Shown here in pieces: positions 38,693 through 47,969 of a stretch of DNA of 64,000 nucleotides. The DNA is from Acidimicrobiia bacterium (GTDB lineage Bacteria; Actinomycetota; Acidimicrobiia; Spongiisociales; ZC4RG35), in contig JANQRA010000002.1 in the NCBI GenBank assembly GCA_028284765.1, positions 179,832 to 243,831 of the forward strand, read 5' to 3'. The notes beneath the pieces were generated by a model that saw nothing but the letters and a program-made list of their open reading frames with translations, did not search any database and was not told where the DNA came from. The translations under genes and the position numbers were made by a program. Each line of letters opens with the position of its first letter. The stretch's first letter is position 1.

Positions 38693-38962
38693 ATGACCGA
38701 GTTCGAGGAAGCCGTAGCCGCGGTGCTTTCGGCCCTCGAGCCAGGCGACGTCACAACCTACGGAGAGGTCGCTGCCGAGGCCGGATATCCGGGGGCAGCA
38801 AGAGCAGTCGGAACATTCCTTCGCAACTCTGAAGGCTTCCCTTGGTGGCGTGTCGTGGGCTCAGGCGGTCACATCAGGACCCCCGACCCTGCCCGACAGA
38901 TAAGGCTTCTCACGGATGAAGGTGCCCTTGTGGTCAATGGACGAGTGGTACGCGCTGGGTAG
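38693..38962 (+). CDS. Alkyltransferase-like (ATL) MGMT-family protein
   Basis: TTYGEVA..AG.P.AARAVG, PWWRVV (Trp in place of the catalytic Cys). Confidence 0.85.
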   Translation: MTEFEEAVAAVLSALEPGDVTTYGEVAAEAGYPGAARAVGTFLRNSEGFPWWRVVGSGGHIRTPDPARQIRLLTDEGALVVNGRVVRAG

Positions 38963-38974
38963 CCTCGAATACCT

Positions 38975-40285
38975 ATGTCATTCTCAGCGGTCGATCTGAT
39001 CGGCCTGAAGCGGGACAGGAAGACCCTTCCGGACGATGGAATCCGTTGGCTGATCGACGCCTACACGCGCGACGAGGTCGCCGACTATCAGATGTCCGCC
39101 ATGGCAATGGCCATTGTCCTCAACGGCCTCGACAGGCGGGAGTTGGCGACATGGACCGAAGCCATGCTCACCTCGGGTGACGTTCTCGACTTCTCCGACA
39201 TCCCGATACCAAAGATCGACAAACACTCAACTGGTGGTGTCGGAGACAAGATCTCAATCCCCCTCGCGCCCCTCGTGGCGGCCTGTGGAATCGCGGTGCC
39301 GATGATGTCGGGCCGGGGCCTCGGCCACACCGGTGGAACCCTCGACAAGCTGGAGTCGATCGAAGGGTTCACGACGCGAATCAACAAGGAGCGTTTCAGG
39401 TCGATACTCGAGGCGCACAATCTCGTTCTGGCCGGGCAATCCGAGACCATGGTGCCCGCAGATCGCAAGCTCTACGGCCTTCGGGATGCCTCTGGCACGG
39501 TCCCGTCTATCCCGCTCATATCCAGCTCCATCATGTCGAAGAAGCTCTCTGAAGGACTGGACGGGCTCCTCCTCGACGTCAAGACCGGTTCCGGAGCATT
39601 CATGCAGACTCTCGAGGACGCACGCGAACTCGCCAACACCATGGTCGGTATCGGTGAGGCAAGTGGGGTCGACACTGTTGCTCTCATCACATCGATGGAC
39701 CAGCCGTTGGGGAACGAGGTCGGGAACGCGAATGAAATCGCAGAGTCGATAGCAGTCCTCAACGGCTCAGGGCCCGCCGACGTCACCGAGCTGACCCTCG
39801 AGTTCGGAACGGTCATGCTCGAGCTAGGTGGGATTCCCGACGCTAAGCCACAGCTCGAAGAAGCGATCGCGAACGGATCGGCATTGGAGAAACTCAAAGA
39901 CGTCGCAAGAGCCCACGGCGGTGACCCGTCGATGATCGACGATCCGTCTCTCCTACCCGTCGCCCCTCATGTGGAATCGATTACGGCCCCGGCAAGCGGA
40001 TACGTCACCAAGTGCGATGCCTTGGCAGTTGGGTTGTCAACCACGAGACTCGGCGCAGGACGAGAGCGTCAAGAGGACGAGATAAACCACGGAGTCGGTG
40101 TGACCATCCACGCCAAGCTGGGCGATGAGGTGCGCGCTGGCGACCCACTTGCAACTGTGAGATTCAGCGATCCCGTGCGCTGGGAGTCACAACGTGATCA
40201 CCTTGCTTCCGCCTGGGAAATCGGTGATCAGAGGCCATCGTTGTCACCGCTGATCATCGAGCGGATCGACAGCCCCGGCGACTAG
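38975..40285 (+). CDS. deoA: Thymidine/pyrimidine-nucleoside phosphorylase
   Basis: DKHSTGGVGDK, SGRGLGHTGGTLDKLESI, SSIMSKK. Confidence 0.95.
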   Translation: MSFSAVDLIGLKRDRKTLPDDGIRWLIDAYTRDEVADYQMSAMAMAIVLNGLDRRELATWTEAMLTSGDVLDFSDIPIPKIDKHSTGGVGDKISIPLAPLVAACGIAVPMMSGRGLGHTGGTLDKLESIEGFTTRINKERFRSILEAHNLVLAGQSETMVPADRKLYGLRDASGTVPSIPLISSSIMSKKLSEGLDGLLLDVKTGSGAFMQTLEDARELANTMVGIGEASGVDTVALITSMDQPLGNEVGNANEIAESIAVLNGSGPADVTELTLEFGTVMLELGGIPDAKPQLEEAIANGSALEKLKDVARAHGGDPSMIDDPSLLPVAPHVESITAPASGYVTKCDALAVGLSTTRLGAGRERQEDEINHGVGVTIHAKLGDEVRAGDPLATVRFSDPVRWESQRDHLASAWEIGDQRPSLSPLIIERIDSPGD

Positions 40286-40329
40286 TTACCATCGCCAACC
40301 GTCCCTACATCAACAAGGAGTAATGCGGA

Positions 40330-41088
40330 ATGAAGGTCGTTGTCTGCGTGAAGCAGATCCCCGACCCCGCCACCCCGTACACCCTCGAGGAGGACACCGC
40401 CTGGCTGGTACGCCCGGACGATCAGGTCCTCGACGACACCGACCGGTACGGAGTGGAGATGGGTCTCCAAATCGCTGATGCCCACGAAGGCACTGTCACT
40501 CTCGTCAGCATGGGCCCGTCCGGCAACGCCCAGGGCATTCGCCAGGCGCTTGCGATGGGCGCCGACAAGGCGGTGATCATCGAAGACGACGCTCTCCGCG
40601 GTTCCGATGCACTCACCACCGCCAAGGCATTGGCCGCTGCAATTGCGGCGGAAGGTTTCGACCTTGTGATCGCAGGCACCGAGTCCACAGACGGATACTC
40701 CGGCGTCATCCCCCAGATGCTCGCCGAGTTGCTGGACGCACCTGCTCTCACATACGCGACCAAGGTCGACACCGATGGGACTGATGTCACGATCAACCGA
40801 CAAACACTGGCTGGATACGACGTGGTTCAGTCGTCACTTCCTGCAGTGGTCTCAGTTACTGCGGGTGTCGTTGAGCCGCGCTACCCGACTTTCAAAGGAA
40901 TCATGGACGCCAAGAAGAAGCCGGTCGAGACCAAGTCTGTCAGCGACCTCGGATTCGATGCGGCAGTCGGCCAGACGGTGAAGTCGGTTGCCGACGCTCC
41001 GGAACGAGCAGCTGGTCGCAAGATCGAGGATGAAGGTGAGGCTTTCTCCGAGATCGTTGCGCTTCTCGAAGATCGGAAGGTGATCTGA
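40330..41088 (+). CDS. etfB: Electron transfer flavoprotein beta subunit
   Basis: VCVKQIPD, ALAMGAD, EPRYP. Confidence 0.95.
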   Translation: MKVVVCVKQIPDPATPYTLEEDTAWLVRPDDQVLDDTDRYGVEMGLQIADAHEGTVTLVSMGPSGNAQGIRQALAMGADKAVIIEDDALRGSDALTTAKALAAAIAAEGFDLVIAGTESTDGYSGVIPQMLAELLDAPALTYATKVDTDGTDVTINRQTLAGYDVVQSSLPAVVSVTAGVVEPRYPTFKGIMDAKKKPVETKSVSDLGFDAAVGQTVKSVADAPERAAGRKIEDEGEAFSEIVALLEDRKVI

Positions 41089-41089
41089 G

Positions 41090-42034
41090 ATGGCCGATAT
41101 CTGGGTATTCGTCGAGGAGGTTGACGGGGTTCCGTCGACGCTGAGTCTCGAACTGTTGACCAAGGCCCGAGAATTGGGCGACGTGACGGCGATCTATCTC
41201 GGCTCGAATGAGGGCGCCTTCTCCACCCTGGGCGAATATGGGGCAAACGCTGTCCTCCACGCCGATGCAGGCGACCGGCTTCCTTCTGGACCGGTGGCCG
41301 CTGCACTCGCCGACAAGGCCGCTGCCGATTCCCCGAGTCTCATCATCTTTGGACAGGCCTACACCGATCGCGACATCGCAGGTCGCCTGTCAACGAAGCT
41401 TGGGCGCGGAGTCCTCAGCAACGCCTCGGACGTGAGGCTGACGGACAGCGGAGTTGAGACCGACCATGAGATATTCGGTGGTTCGCAGATCGCGACCGCT
41501 GCCATGGACGGGGACACTCACATCGTTCTGGTCAGGCCCAAGTCCTTCGCAGCAGAGCCTTTCGATGGAGGTGCACCGTCTGTCGTCGGTCTCGACCTGC
41601 CAGACGTTGGGGCATCAGAAGCGACCGTGACAGAGACCCATGTCGAGGAGCGCGAGGGTCCGCAACTCGGAGACGCCAACGTCGTAGTCGCAGGAGGAAG
41701 AGGCCTCGGTGCAGCAGAGAGTTTCGACATGGTGGAGAGGATCGCCAAGCCGCTGGGAGCTGCCACCGGGGCGACCCGTGCAATCGTGGACGCCGGTTGG
41801 GTTCCCTATGCGAAACAAGTCGGCCAGACCGGCAAGACCGTCAAGCCCGACGTGTACATCGCAGCCGGGATCTCCGGGGCGATGCAACATCTGGTTGGAA
41901 TGAAAGACTCGGCCACGATCATCGCCATCAACAAGGACCCGGACGCCCCGATCTTCTCGGTTGCCGACCTGGGTGTGGTTGGCGATGTTCACAAGGTTCT
42001 TCCGCAACTGATCGAGGCACTTGAGAATCGGTAG
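41090..42034 (+). CDS. etfA: Electron transfer flavoprotein alpha subunit
   Basis: [33 protein letters not shown]. Confidence 0.96.
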   Translation: MADIWVFVEEVDGVPSTLSLELLTKARELGDVTAIYLGSNEGAFSTLGEYGANAVLHADAGDRLPSGPVAAALADKAAADSPSLIIFGQAYTDRDIAGRLSTKLGRGVLSNASDVRLTDSGVETDHEIFGGSQIATAAMDGDTHIVLVRPKSFAAEPFDGGAPSVVGLDLPDVGASEATVTETHVEEREGPQLGDANVVVAGGRGLGAAESFDMVERIAKPLGAATGATRAIVDAGWVPYAKQVGQTGKTVKPDVYIAAGISGAMQHLVGMKDSATIIAINKDPDAPIFSVADLGVVGDVHKVLPQLIEALENR

Positions 42035-42611
42035 CCGCGACGGCAAGGGCGAGATTGAGTCCTGGTCGGGTGTAGCTGCCTGGTTCTACAACCTGTTCAA
42101 CCGGAACCCGGGATCTAACAGCAGCATCGTGAGTTTCTCAGGTGTCGGTCCTGGCGACCGGGTCCTCGATATCGGATGTGGTCCGGGTGCGGCCCTCGAA
42201 GCCGCCCATGGAGCGGGGGCCGAGGTGACCGGAGTCGACCCGACAGACGGAATGGTCAGCCGGGCTTCGTCACGAGTGCCCGAAGCCACTGTTGTGAAAG
42301 GTTCTGCCGAGTTCCTCGATTTCGACGAGGGGGCTTTCACCCAGGTGTGGTCGTTGAGTGCGTATCACCACTGGGCTTATCCGGAGACTGGCGTCGAACA
42401 GTGTCTGAAAGTGCTCGAGCCAGGAGGCAAAGTCCTGCTGGTGGAGCACAAGCTGAAGGACGGTAAAGACGGGCACGGATTGAGCATGGGTGGAGCACGC
42501 GATGCCGCGCATCTTCTAGAGACAAAAGGGTTCGTGGACGCATCAGTGGACATCATGCCGGTCAAGCGCAAGGAGTACGTGGTGGTTTCGGGGGTGAAGC
42601 CAACGTCTTAG
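42021..42611 (+). CDS. Class I SAM-dependent methyltransferase
   Basis: VLDIGCGPG, GVDP, YHHW, LEPGG. Confidence 0.88.
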   Translation: MRIGSRDGKGEIESWSGVAAWFYNLFNRNPGSNSSIVSFSGVGPGDRVLDIGCGPGAALEAAHGAGAEVTGVDPTDGMVSRASSRVPEATVVKGSAEFLDFDEGAFTQVWSLSAYHHWAYPETGVEQCLKVLEPGGKVLLVEHKLKDGKDGHGLSMGGARDAAHLLETKGFVDASVDIMPVKRKEYVVVSGVKPTS

Positions 42612-43957
42612 GGCGGCTCCGTGTGATAGACGTGGCCAAGTCGGCTGATCCACTTGTCCTGACCGCGTTGCCGTGAGTGCGACCAACCTTGGTCTTTGAG
42701 TTCGTGGTCATGATCGCACTTGGGTCCGCCGTTGAGTGTTGAGGTCTCACCACCCGCACTCCATGGCAGAAGGTGGTCGTAGTCACAGTCTCCTGCGGGT
42801 GCCATACACCCTGGGAAGGCGCAATGGGGCTGAAGAGTCTCGATGTGCCGCCGGATCGTCTTGGTTGCATGTCGGCTAAGAGTTCGGATATGGGTGGGTC
42901 GACTGTGATCGTCGACCAGAGTCAAGATGTGTTCAGCATTTGGGCTGGTCTGGACCAACTTCCTCGCCGTATCTGCGGTGACAGGGCCGACACCCAGGAT
43001 TTCGCCCGGTTCGGAGCCTCCGTCGAGTGTGGAGGCTGGGACACGAATGTCGACGATTCCCCGGCCGTTGCTGGTCGCATCTCCGCCGAGCAGTAGATCT
43101 CGTGCGATGTCAGCTCTCAACTGGTCGTGGGTCCTTCCCGAGCGGTCTTCCTTCTTCAACGAGATCATGTGGGCATTGATCCTCCGGCCAATGGCCCGGG
43201 CATCGGCGATCGCGAAGTCGAGTAAGTGGATATCGGCCGTTCCATCGGTAGTGGGCTCGATGACAACCTTCCGCTCGCCGCGAGCGTGACGCTCTCGCTC
43301 CTCGGCATCCTCGGGATCGAGACTCATACACAGCTTCGAGATCCGATAACGGAGCTGGCCCGTGGTCAGTCGGGGAGCGACGTCCGCGAGCAGGTCAACG
43401 ATCCTCTCGGCGGTGTCTTTAGAAAGGTGTGCCGTGCCGTCGGAGAAGACTCGAGCGCGAGCAACGTCGATCAGACCCTCATCCAACAGACGCCAGACCA
43501 TGGGGAGCCTTTCGATGAGGTCCGTCGCAAAGGAGAGTCGATATTCCGCGGCGCGCCTCGTGAGGGTGAGAGCTGCCCGAATTTCGTCGGCGGCGTATTC
43601 GAATTGCTCGTCGATCCGCTCGACGGCTGAGTCCCGACCACCGGCCGCCGAGTAGGAACTCTCCACCGCGTCGTACATGCAGCGAGCCTGGGTGTGGGCC
43701 GACTGCCGCTCCCGGGCCTTCAGAAGGCGCATAACGTCGTGACCGTTGAGCTGGGTTGGATCGTAGTGCTCGAGAAGTGTTGCGAGATACGGCCCGACCG
43801 GGATGTCCTCCAGCGGTGGCAGTTCGTGACGGTCTGGAGTGGTCTCGGCGTGGGCGAGGGCATCGAGTGTTGCCTCGAAGGCAAGCTGATCTTCCCTCTC
43901 CCCGCTCAGGACTTCCGGTCCGGAGAGTTCGATCTCCGCAACTGGAGTACCGAACAT
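42608..43957 (-). CDS. DUF222 / HNH endonuclease (13E12-repeat family)
   Basis: DQLRAD, CAFPGC, CDYDH..PW..GG.T...N...C..DH..K. Confidence 0.9.
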   Translation of the reverse strand: MFGTPVAEIELSGPEVLSGEREDQLAFEATLDALAHAETTPDRHELPPLEDIPVGPYLATLLEHYDPTQLNGHDVMRLLKARERQSAHTQARCMYDAVESSYSAAGGRDSAVERIDEQFEYAADEIRAALTLTRRAAEYRLSFATDLIERLPMVWRLLDEGLIDVARARVFSDGTAHLSKDTAERIVDLLADVAPRLTTGQLRYRISKLCMSLDPEDAEERERHARGERKVVIEPTTDGTADIHLLDFAIADARAIGRRINAHMISLKKEDRSGRTHDQLRADIARDLLLGGDATSNGRGIVDIRVPASTLDGGSEPGEILGVGPVTADTARKLVQTSPNAEHILTLVDDHSRPTHIRTLSRHATKTIRRHIETLQPHCAFPGCMAPAGDCDYDHLLPWSAGGETSTLNGGPKCDHDHELKDQGWSHSRQRGQDKWISRLGHVYHTEPP

Positions 43958-43964
43958 ATGTTCG
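43951..43964. promoter_or_regulatory. LexA SOS box (Gram-positive/actinobacterial type)
   Basis: Perfect CGAACATATGTTCG overlapping the leaderless ATG of the HNH gene. Confidence 0.88.
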
Positions 43965-43986
43965 ATAGTAGGCCGGGGCGACGACA
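43965..43986 (-). promoter_or_regulatory. RecA-NDp / PafBC-type DNA-damage promoter
   Basis: TGTCGT-cgccccggcc(10)-TACTAT compared with the mycobacterial consensus TGTCGG-N10-TANNNT. Confidence 0.65.
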
Positions 43987-44009
43987 GATTTCAAGCCCCT
44001 TGACGGCGC

Positions 44010-44231
44010 CTAGTCCCCCGCAGGCAACATCCGCTCCAGCGCGTCCATCGCCGCGGCCCGATCGGTCTCTCGCACCAGAACCTGAACCCCACGAACCGTG
44101 ATCAGCGTGGGCGTCATCGAACCGGCATCATCGGAGCGAACCACCGCGTCGATTTCCTCTGTTTCTAGACGCGCCTTCACGAGATTGGCCTCGGTGAGGC
44201 TGTTGTATGTCCCGAGAACGACGAGATCCAT
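44010..44231 (-). CDS. DUF2007 (PII-like putative signal transducing) protein
   Basis: EANLVKARLETEEI, GVQVLVRETD..AA. Confidence 0.8.
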   Translation of the reverse strand: MDLVVLGTYNSLTEANLVKARLETEEIDAVVRSDDAGSMTPTLITVRGVQVLVRETDRAAAMDALERMLPAGD

Positions 44232-44240
44232 CAGCAAAGG

Positions 44241-44756
44241 CTAGTGAGACCCGTACATCTTCTCGCCTGCCTCGATCGGCACGCTCAGCCAGTTCTCGAC
44301 CGGAGGAATCGGGCATGACCATCCATCCGAATAGACGCACGAAGGGTTGTACGCGTAGTTGAAGTCGACTGTCAGTGTCCCGTCTTGGTTGGGTTCCACA
44401 TCCAGGTAGCGGCCCGCCCCGTACGTCGACTCACCAGAGGTGGCGTCCCGGAAAGGTATGAAGTATCCGGGATGCCCCGTGTCGTAGACAGTCAGCCTTT
44501 GCTGCTCCCCGCCAGCCTCGAACTTGACATAACCAACTCGGCGATAGACCTTCGTCGCATTGTCCGAGGTATCAACCGAGATCTCGGCTCCATCCCCAGG
44601 TTCAATCTCAGACCTGAAGATCAGATCCGGGTTCGGCTCGAAGTAGTTCAATCCCTCGAACTCGGGATGCAGTCCGTGACCGAGGGGTGAGTGATGGTCC
44701 GACCTGAAAAACTCGTCCTTGTTGGTGCGATGAGCAACCAGCGTGTCGGTGTTCAT
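44241..44756 (-). CDS. DUF1684 family protein
   Basis: PFRDATSG..TYGAGRYL, DFNYAYNP.C.Y...WSCPIPP.EN.L...IEAGEK. Confidence 0.9.
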   Translation of the reverse strand: MNTDTLVAHRTNKDEFFRSDHHSPLGHGLHPEFEGLNYFEPNPDLIFRSEIEPGDGAEISVDTSDNATKVYRRVGYVKFEAGGEQQRLTVYDTGHPGYFIPFRDATSGESTYGAGRYLDVEPNQDGTLTVDFNYAYNPSCVYSDGWSCPIPPVENWLSVPIEAGEKMYGSH

Positions 44757-44784
44757 ACTTGACCGAACTGGATCCGAAGGCTTC

Positions 44785-45903
44785 TCATTCCGCTAGGGCC
44801 GGGTATCTATCGAGAGGCACCATGTCTTCGAATCGGGCCTGTAGTCCTTGGAGAACCGCCCGAACGGTGCCGGATATCGGACCCAAGAGGTCGAGCTCAT
44901 CGGCGGAGTTGCAGAAGCCCGTCCACAACGTCGCTTGATGACGTCGTCGCTTCACCTCATGTTCACCCTGAAAAGTGCCGGCGAGCATCGGCTCGAAGGA
45001 CTGACGCCAACTCCCCGCGATGCGATTCAGCGCCCAGTGTGCTGTCCCCATCATCAGGTACTCGATGAAGATGTCGTCTTCGATTTCCGGCCAGAAGTCA
45101 GCCGCGGCGGACCGATAGGAGTTCTCGAAGAGCTGCGCATCAGAAGGTTCCATCCAGGCTGCGTCCCAGGTCTGTGGGAAACCTCCTCTTGCTCCCCCGA
45201 GGTCACACATGGCATTGAGGTAGACGCCGAACTCGAAGTCGATCATGTGCATCTCAGGCCCGACGAGGAAGTTCTGAGGCCCTGCATCGGCATGGATCAA
45301 CGTGCGAAAGAGTGGACCGTCGTGTATCGCCGCTTCCAACTGTTCAACCTGAGCCCAAAAGTCTGGATGAATGTCGAGCCCGAGGGCATCAAAGAACGCT
45401 AGGAACAGGTCTCGGCGCTCCACCCGGAAGTCGACAGTCGAATCAGATCTCGGAGACAAGACTCCCCTGGAGCTTTGAAGCTTCAGAAACTCCTCTTCCC
45501 TTTCAGCCCCCGCCGCATGCATCCGGGCCAGAGCCTCGCCCGCCTGTTCGAGCATCCCGCGACCGTCCTCTGTCTCCGGGTCAAGGAGAGCTCTTTCAAC
45601 CGTCGATCGATCCCCAAGATCCTCGATCACGATGAGACTCGCCGCGCGGTCAGCCGCCAGGAGTTTGGGCGCCACCTTTCCTCCGAGATGCTCGAGGACA
45701 CACCATTCGTTCAACAGCTGCTCCGACTCATCTCCTTCGCCACGGTTCCACTCGGTCATCGTCACCCGCTTAACCACAACTGTGGCGCCGTCCTCGGTCG
45801 CCGCCCTGAAGACCAGATTCGGGCTTTCGAGCTTTTGCGGCTCCGACAGCTCAGCACCCAAGGCACGGCCAGCAGCCTGAAGAACGTCACGATCGACTTC
45901 CAT
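44785..45903 (-). CDS. Aminoglycoside/choline kinase-like phosphotransferase
   Basis: VVVK, VIEDLG, LIHADAGPQN, IDFE; start moved to ATG 45903. Confidence 0.78.
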   Translation of the reverse strand: MEVDRDVLQAAGRALGAELSEPQKLESPNLVFRAATEDGATVVVKRVTMTEWNRGEGDESEQLLNEWCVLEHLGGKVAPKLLAADRAASLIVIEDLGDRSTVERALLDPETEDGRGMLEQAGEALARMHAAGAEREEEFLKLQSSRGVLSPRSDSTVDFRVERRDLFLAFFDALGLDIHPDFWAQVEQLEAAIHDGPLFRTLIHADAGPQNFLVGPEMHMIDFEFGVYLNAMCDLGGARGGFPQTWDAAWMEPSDAQLFENSYRSAAADFWPEIEDDIFIEYLMMGTAHWALNRIAGSWRQSFEPMLAGTFQGEHEVKRRRHQATLWTGFCNSADELDLLGPISGTVRAVLQGLQARFEDMVPLDRYPALAE

Positions 45904-45969
45904 CGCACCAATACTTAGCGTGAACCAACAGTGGGGCAAATAGGAAGCAACTGCCCTTAGGGTTCGAGG

Positions 45970-46608
45970 GTGCGAAGGCTCGCGTTTCTGTCCGTCGTCG
46001 TTCTCACCGCTGCGGCGTGCGGTGGGTCTGACGGAGAAAGCACCACCACAACCACGGAGCCTGCCACTTCGACAACTGCCGAGTCGACCGTATCGACCAC
46101 CGTGGCCGATGCCACAACAACGACGGCTGCCACCACTGGTTCTGGAGGCCAACTCGTCGTCACCACTGTCAGCTTCGGTGCCAGCCCCTACGTAGTGATC
46201 ACCAACATCGGAGATGAGACGGGCTCTCTCGCCGGCCACTTCCTCTGCCAGCGGCCTTCGTATGCCGGACTGCCCGATGACGACGTGGCAGCTGGGGAGG
46301 CAATCGCCTTCAGTCTCGGCGGAGACGGTTTCACACCCCCCGAGGGCGTTACCGCTTCGGATGAAGTGCTCGACCTTGGGGGCCTGTCCAACACCGGTGG
46401 TGAGATCGGGCTATACACCTCGTCGGACTTCAGTAGTTCGGACGACATCATCAGTTACGTCGAATGGGGCAGCGGAGATCACGGCCGGTCGGCAACGGCA
46501 GTCGCCGCGGGCATCTGGGGAGGGTTCGTCCCCACTACCGACGCGACGCTCTCACTCGTAGCCCAGACGCTCCCTGCGCTCAGCGCAGACGATTGGGGCG
46601 AGGGCTAA
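45970..46608 (+). CDS. Lipoprotein with Thr-rich linker and lamin-tail-like beta domain
   Basis: LTAAAC lipobox; TAGGGT-N6-GTG; YVEWG...HGRSATAVAAGIW. Confidence 0.7.
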   Translation: MRRLAFLSVVVLTAAACGGSDGESTTTTTEPATSTTAESTVSTTVADATTTTAATTGSGGQLVVTTVSFGASPYVVITNIGDETGSLAGHFLCQRPSYAGLPDDDVAAGEAIAFSLGGDGFTPPEGVTASDEVLDLGGLSNTGGEIGLYTSSDFSSSDDIISYVEWGSGDHGRSATAVAAGIWGGFVPTTDATLSLVAQTLPALSADDWGEG

Positions 46609-46997
46609 AGGTCGAACCCGTAAGGCAGCAACTCCTCGAAACCGTGCTCTCGAACCTCTGAGCCCGGACCGGCAGTGACCAGCACGGTCTCAACACCGAA
46701 CTCCGACATGATTTGCCGGCAACGACCACAGGGGTAGGCGCCATCGACGTCCGTGGCGTCAATACATGCGACGGCAACGGTTGTCATCTTCCTAACCCCC
46801 TTGGAGGCGGCGGCAGCAATGGCTGTGGCCTCAGCACAAGAAGTGGCAGGAAACGCTGCGTTCTCGATATTGGCCCCCGACACGACCTCACCGTCTTCGG
46901 ACACCACAACAGCCCCAACCCGGAAGTTCGAATAGGGCGAGTATGAGTACTCGGCCGCTTCCCTCGCAGCCGCAACCAACTCTTCGTTGTTCATCAT
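46605..46997 (-). CDS. cdd: Cytidine deaminase
   Basis: YSPYSNFRVGA, GANIENA, CAE, PCGRCRQ. Confidence 0.95.
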   Translation of the reverse strand: MMNNEELVAAAREAAEYSYSPYSNFRVGAVVVSEDGEVVSGANIENAAFPATSCAEATAIAAAASKGVRKMTTVAVACIDATDVDGAYPCGRCRQIMSEFGVETVLVTAGPGSEVREHGFEELLPYGFDL

Positions 46998-47959
46998 GCC
47001 TCCAGGAGGTCGGACACGAACTGTGCCGGCTGGAACTCAACCAGGTCGTCCACGCCTTCTCCCAGCCCAACGTACTTGACGGGGACTCCGAGACGTCTCT
47101 CGACCGCGACAACGATTCCACCCCTGGCCGTACCGTCCAACTTGGTGAGGACGATCCCAGTGAGATTCACTACGTCGGCAAAAGCCTCGACCTGCGCCAA
47201 CCCGTTCTGGCCGGCGGAGGCGTCGAGAACGATGAGTACTTCTGAAATCTCGTCTCCGCCTGCCACTCGATAGATCTTTGCCAGCTCGGCCATGAGGTTC
47301 TTTTTGGCTTGGAGACGCCCAGCGGTGTCGATGATCGCCACGTCGTAGGACCCGGCACGCCCCGCTTCAAGAGTGTCATAGGCGACGGAGGCCGGATCAC
47401 CACCCTCTGACCCCACCACAACCCGTGCGCCGAGACGCTCACCCCAAGTCTGAAGTTGCTCACCCGCTGCGGCTCGAAAAGTGTCACCCGCACCGAGAAT
47501 CACCTTCTTGCCGCCGTCTATCTGATGCTTGGCCAACTTCGCAATCGATGTGGTCTTTCCGGACCCGTTGACACCCACAACCAACACAACGGCTGGCTCG
47601 CCGGTCAGGTGCATGGAACGGTCCTTCCCTGCGAACTCAGACAGAAGTTCGGTCTGAAGAGCATCGAGTGCTTCCTCGGCAGAATCGGGCGAGTGCGTTC
47701 TCGTCCGGTCGATCAACTCGTCGGTCAACTCGACGCCGACGTCAGCGGACAAAAGGATCTCCTCAAGGCTCTCCCAGGAGCCTTGGTCGACCTTGCCGGA
47801 GAAGGCATTGCGGATTGCCGAGCCGAGCGAGAAAGGGCGCCGCTCGGTTGCGATCGGAGTTGTGGAGTCGAGGTCGCTGCGACGGGTGACAGCCACCACC
47901 ACGGCAGCCACCACGAGCACCACAACCAGACCGAGGATGATGAGTGTCGTGGTGTCCAT
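46994..47959 (-). CDS. ftsY: SRP receptor FtsY with N-terminal TM anchor
   Basis: GVNGSGKTT, DTFRAAA, DTAGR, TKLDGTARGG. Confidence 0.97.
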   Translation of the reverse strand: MDTTTLIILGLVVVLVVAAVVVAVTRRSDLDSTTPIATERRPFSLGSAIRNAFSGKVDQGSWESLEEILLSADVGVELTDELIDRTRTHSPDSAEEALDALQTELLSEFAGKDRSMHLTGEPAVVLVVGVNGSGKTTSIAKLAKHQIDGGKKVILGAGDTFRAAAGEQLQTWGERLGARVVVGSEGGDPASVAYDTLEAGRAGSYDVAIIDTAGRLQAKKNLMAELAKIYRVAGGDEISEVLIVLDASAGQNGLAQVEAFADVVNLTGIVLTKLDGTARGGIVVAVERRLGVPVKYVGLGEGVDDLVEFQPAQFVSDLLEA

Positions 47960-47969
47960 AGGCCCGACG

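Noticed and set aside
45904..46239. Long N-terminal extension of the kinase-like ORF
   Set aside because: Overlaps the divergent lipoprotein gene; the start at 45903 is more plausible.
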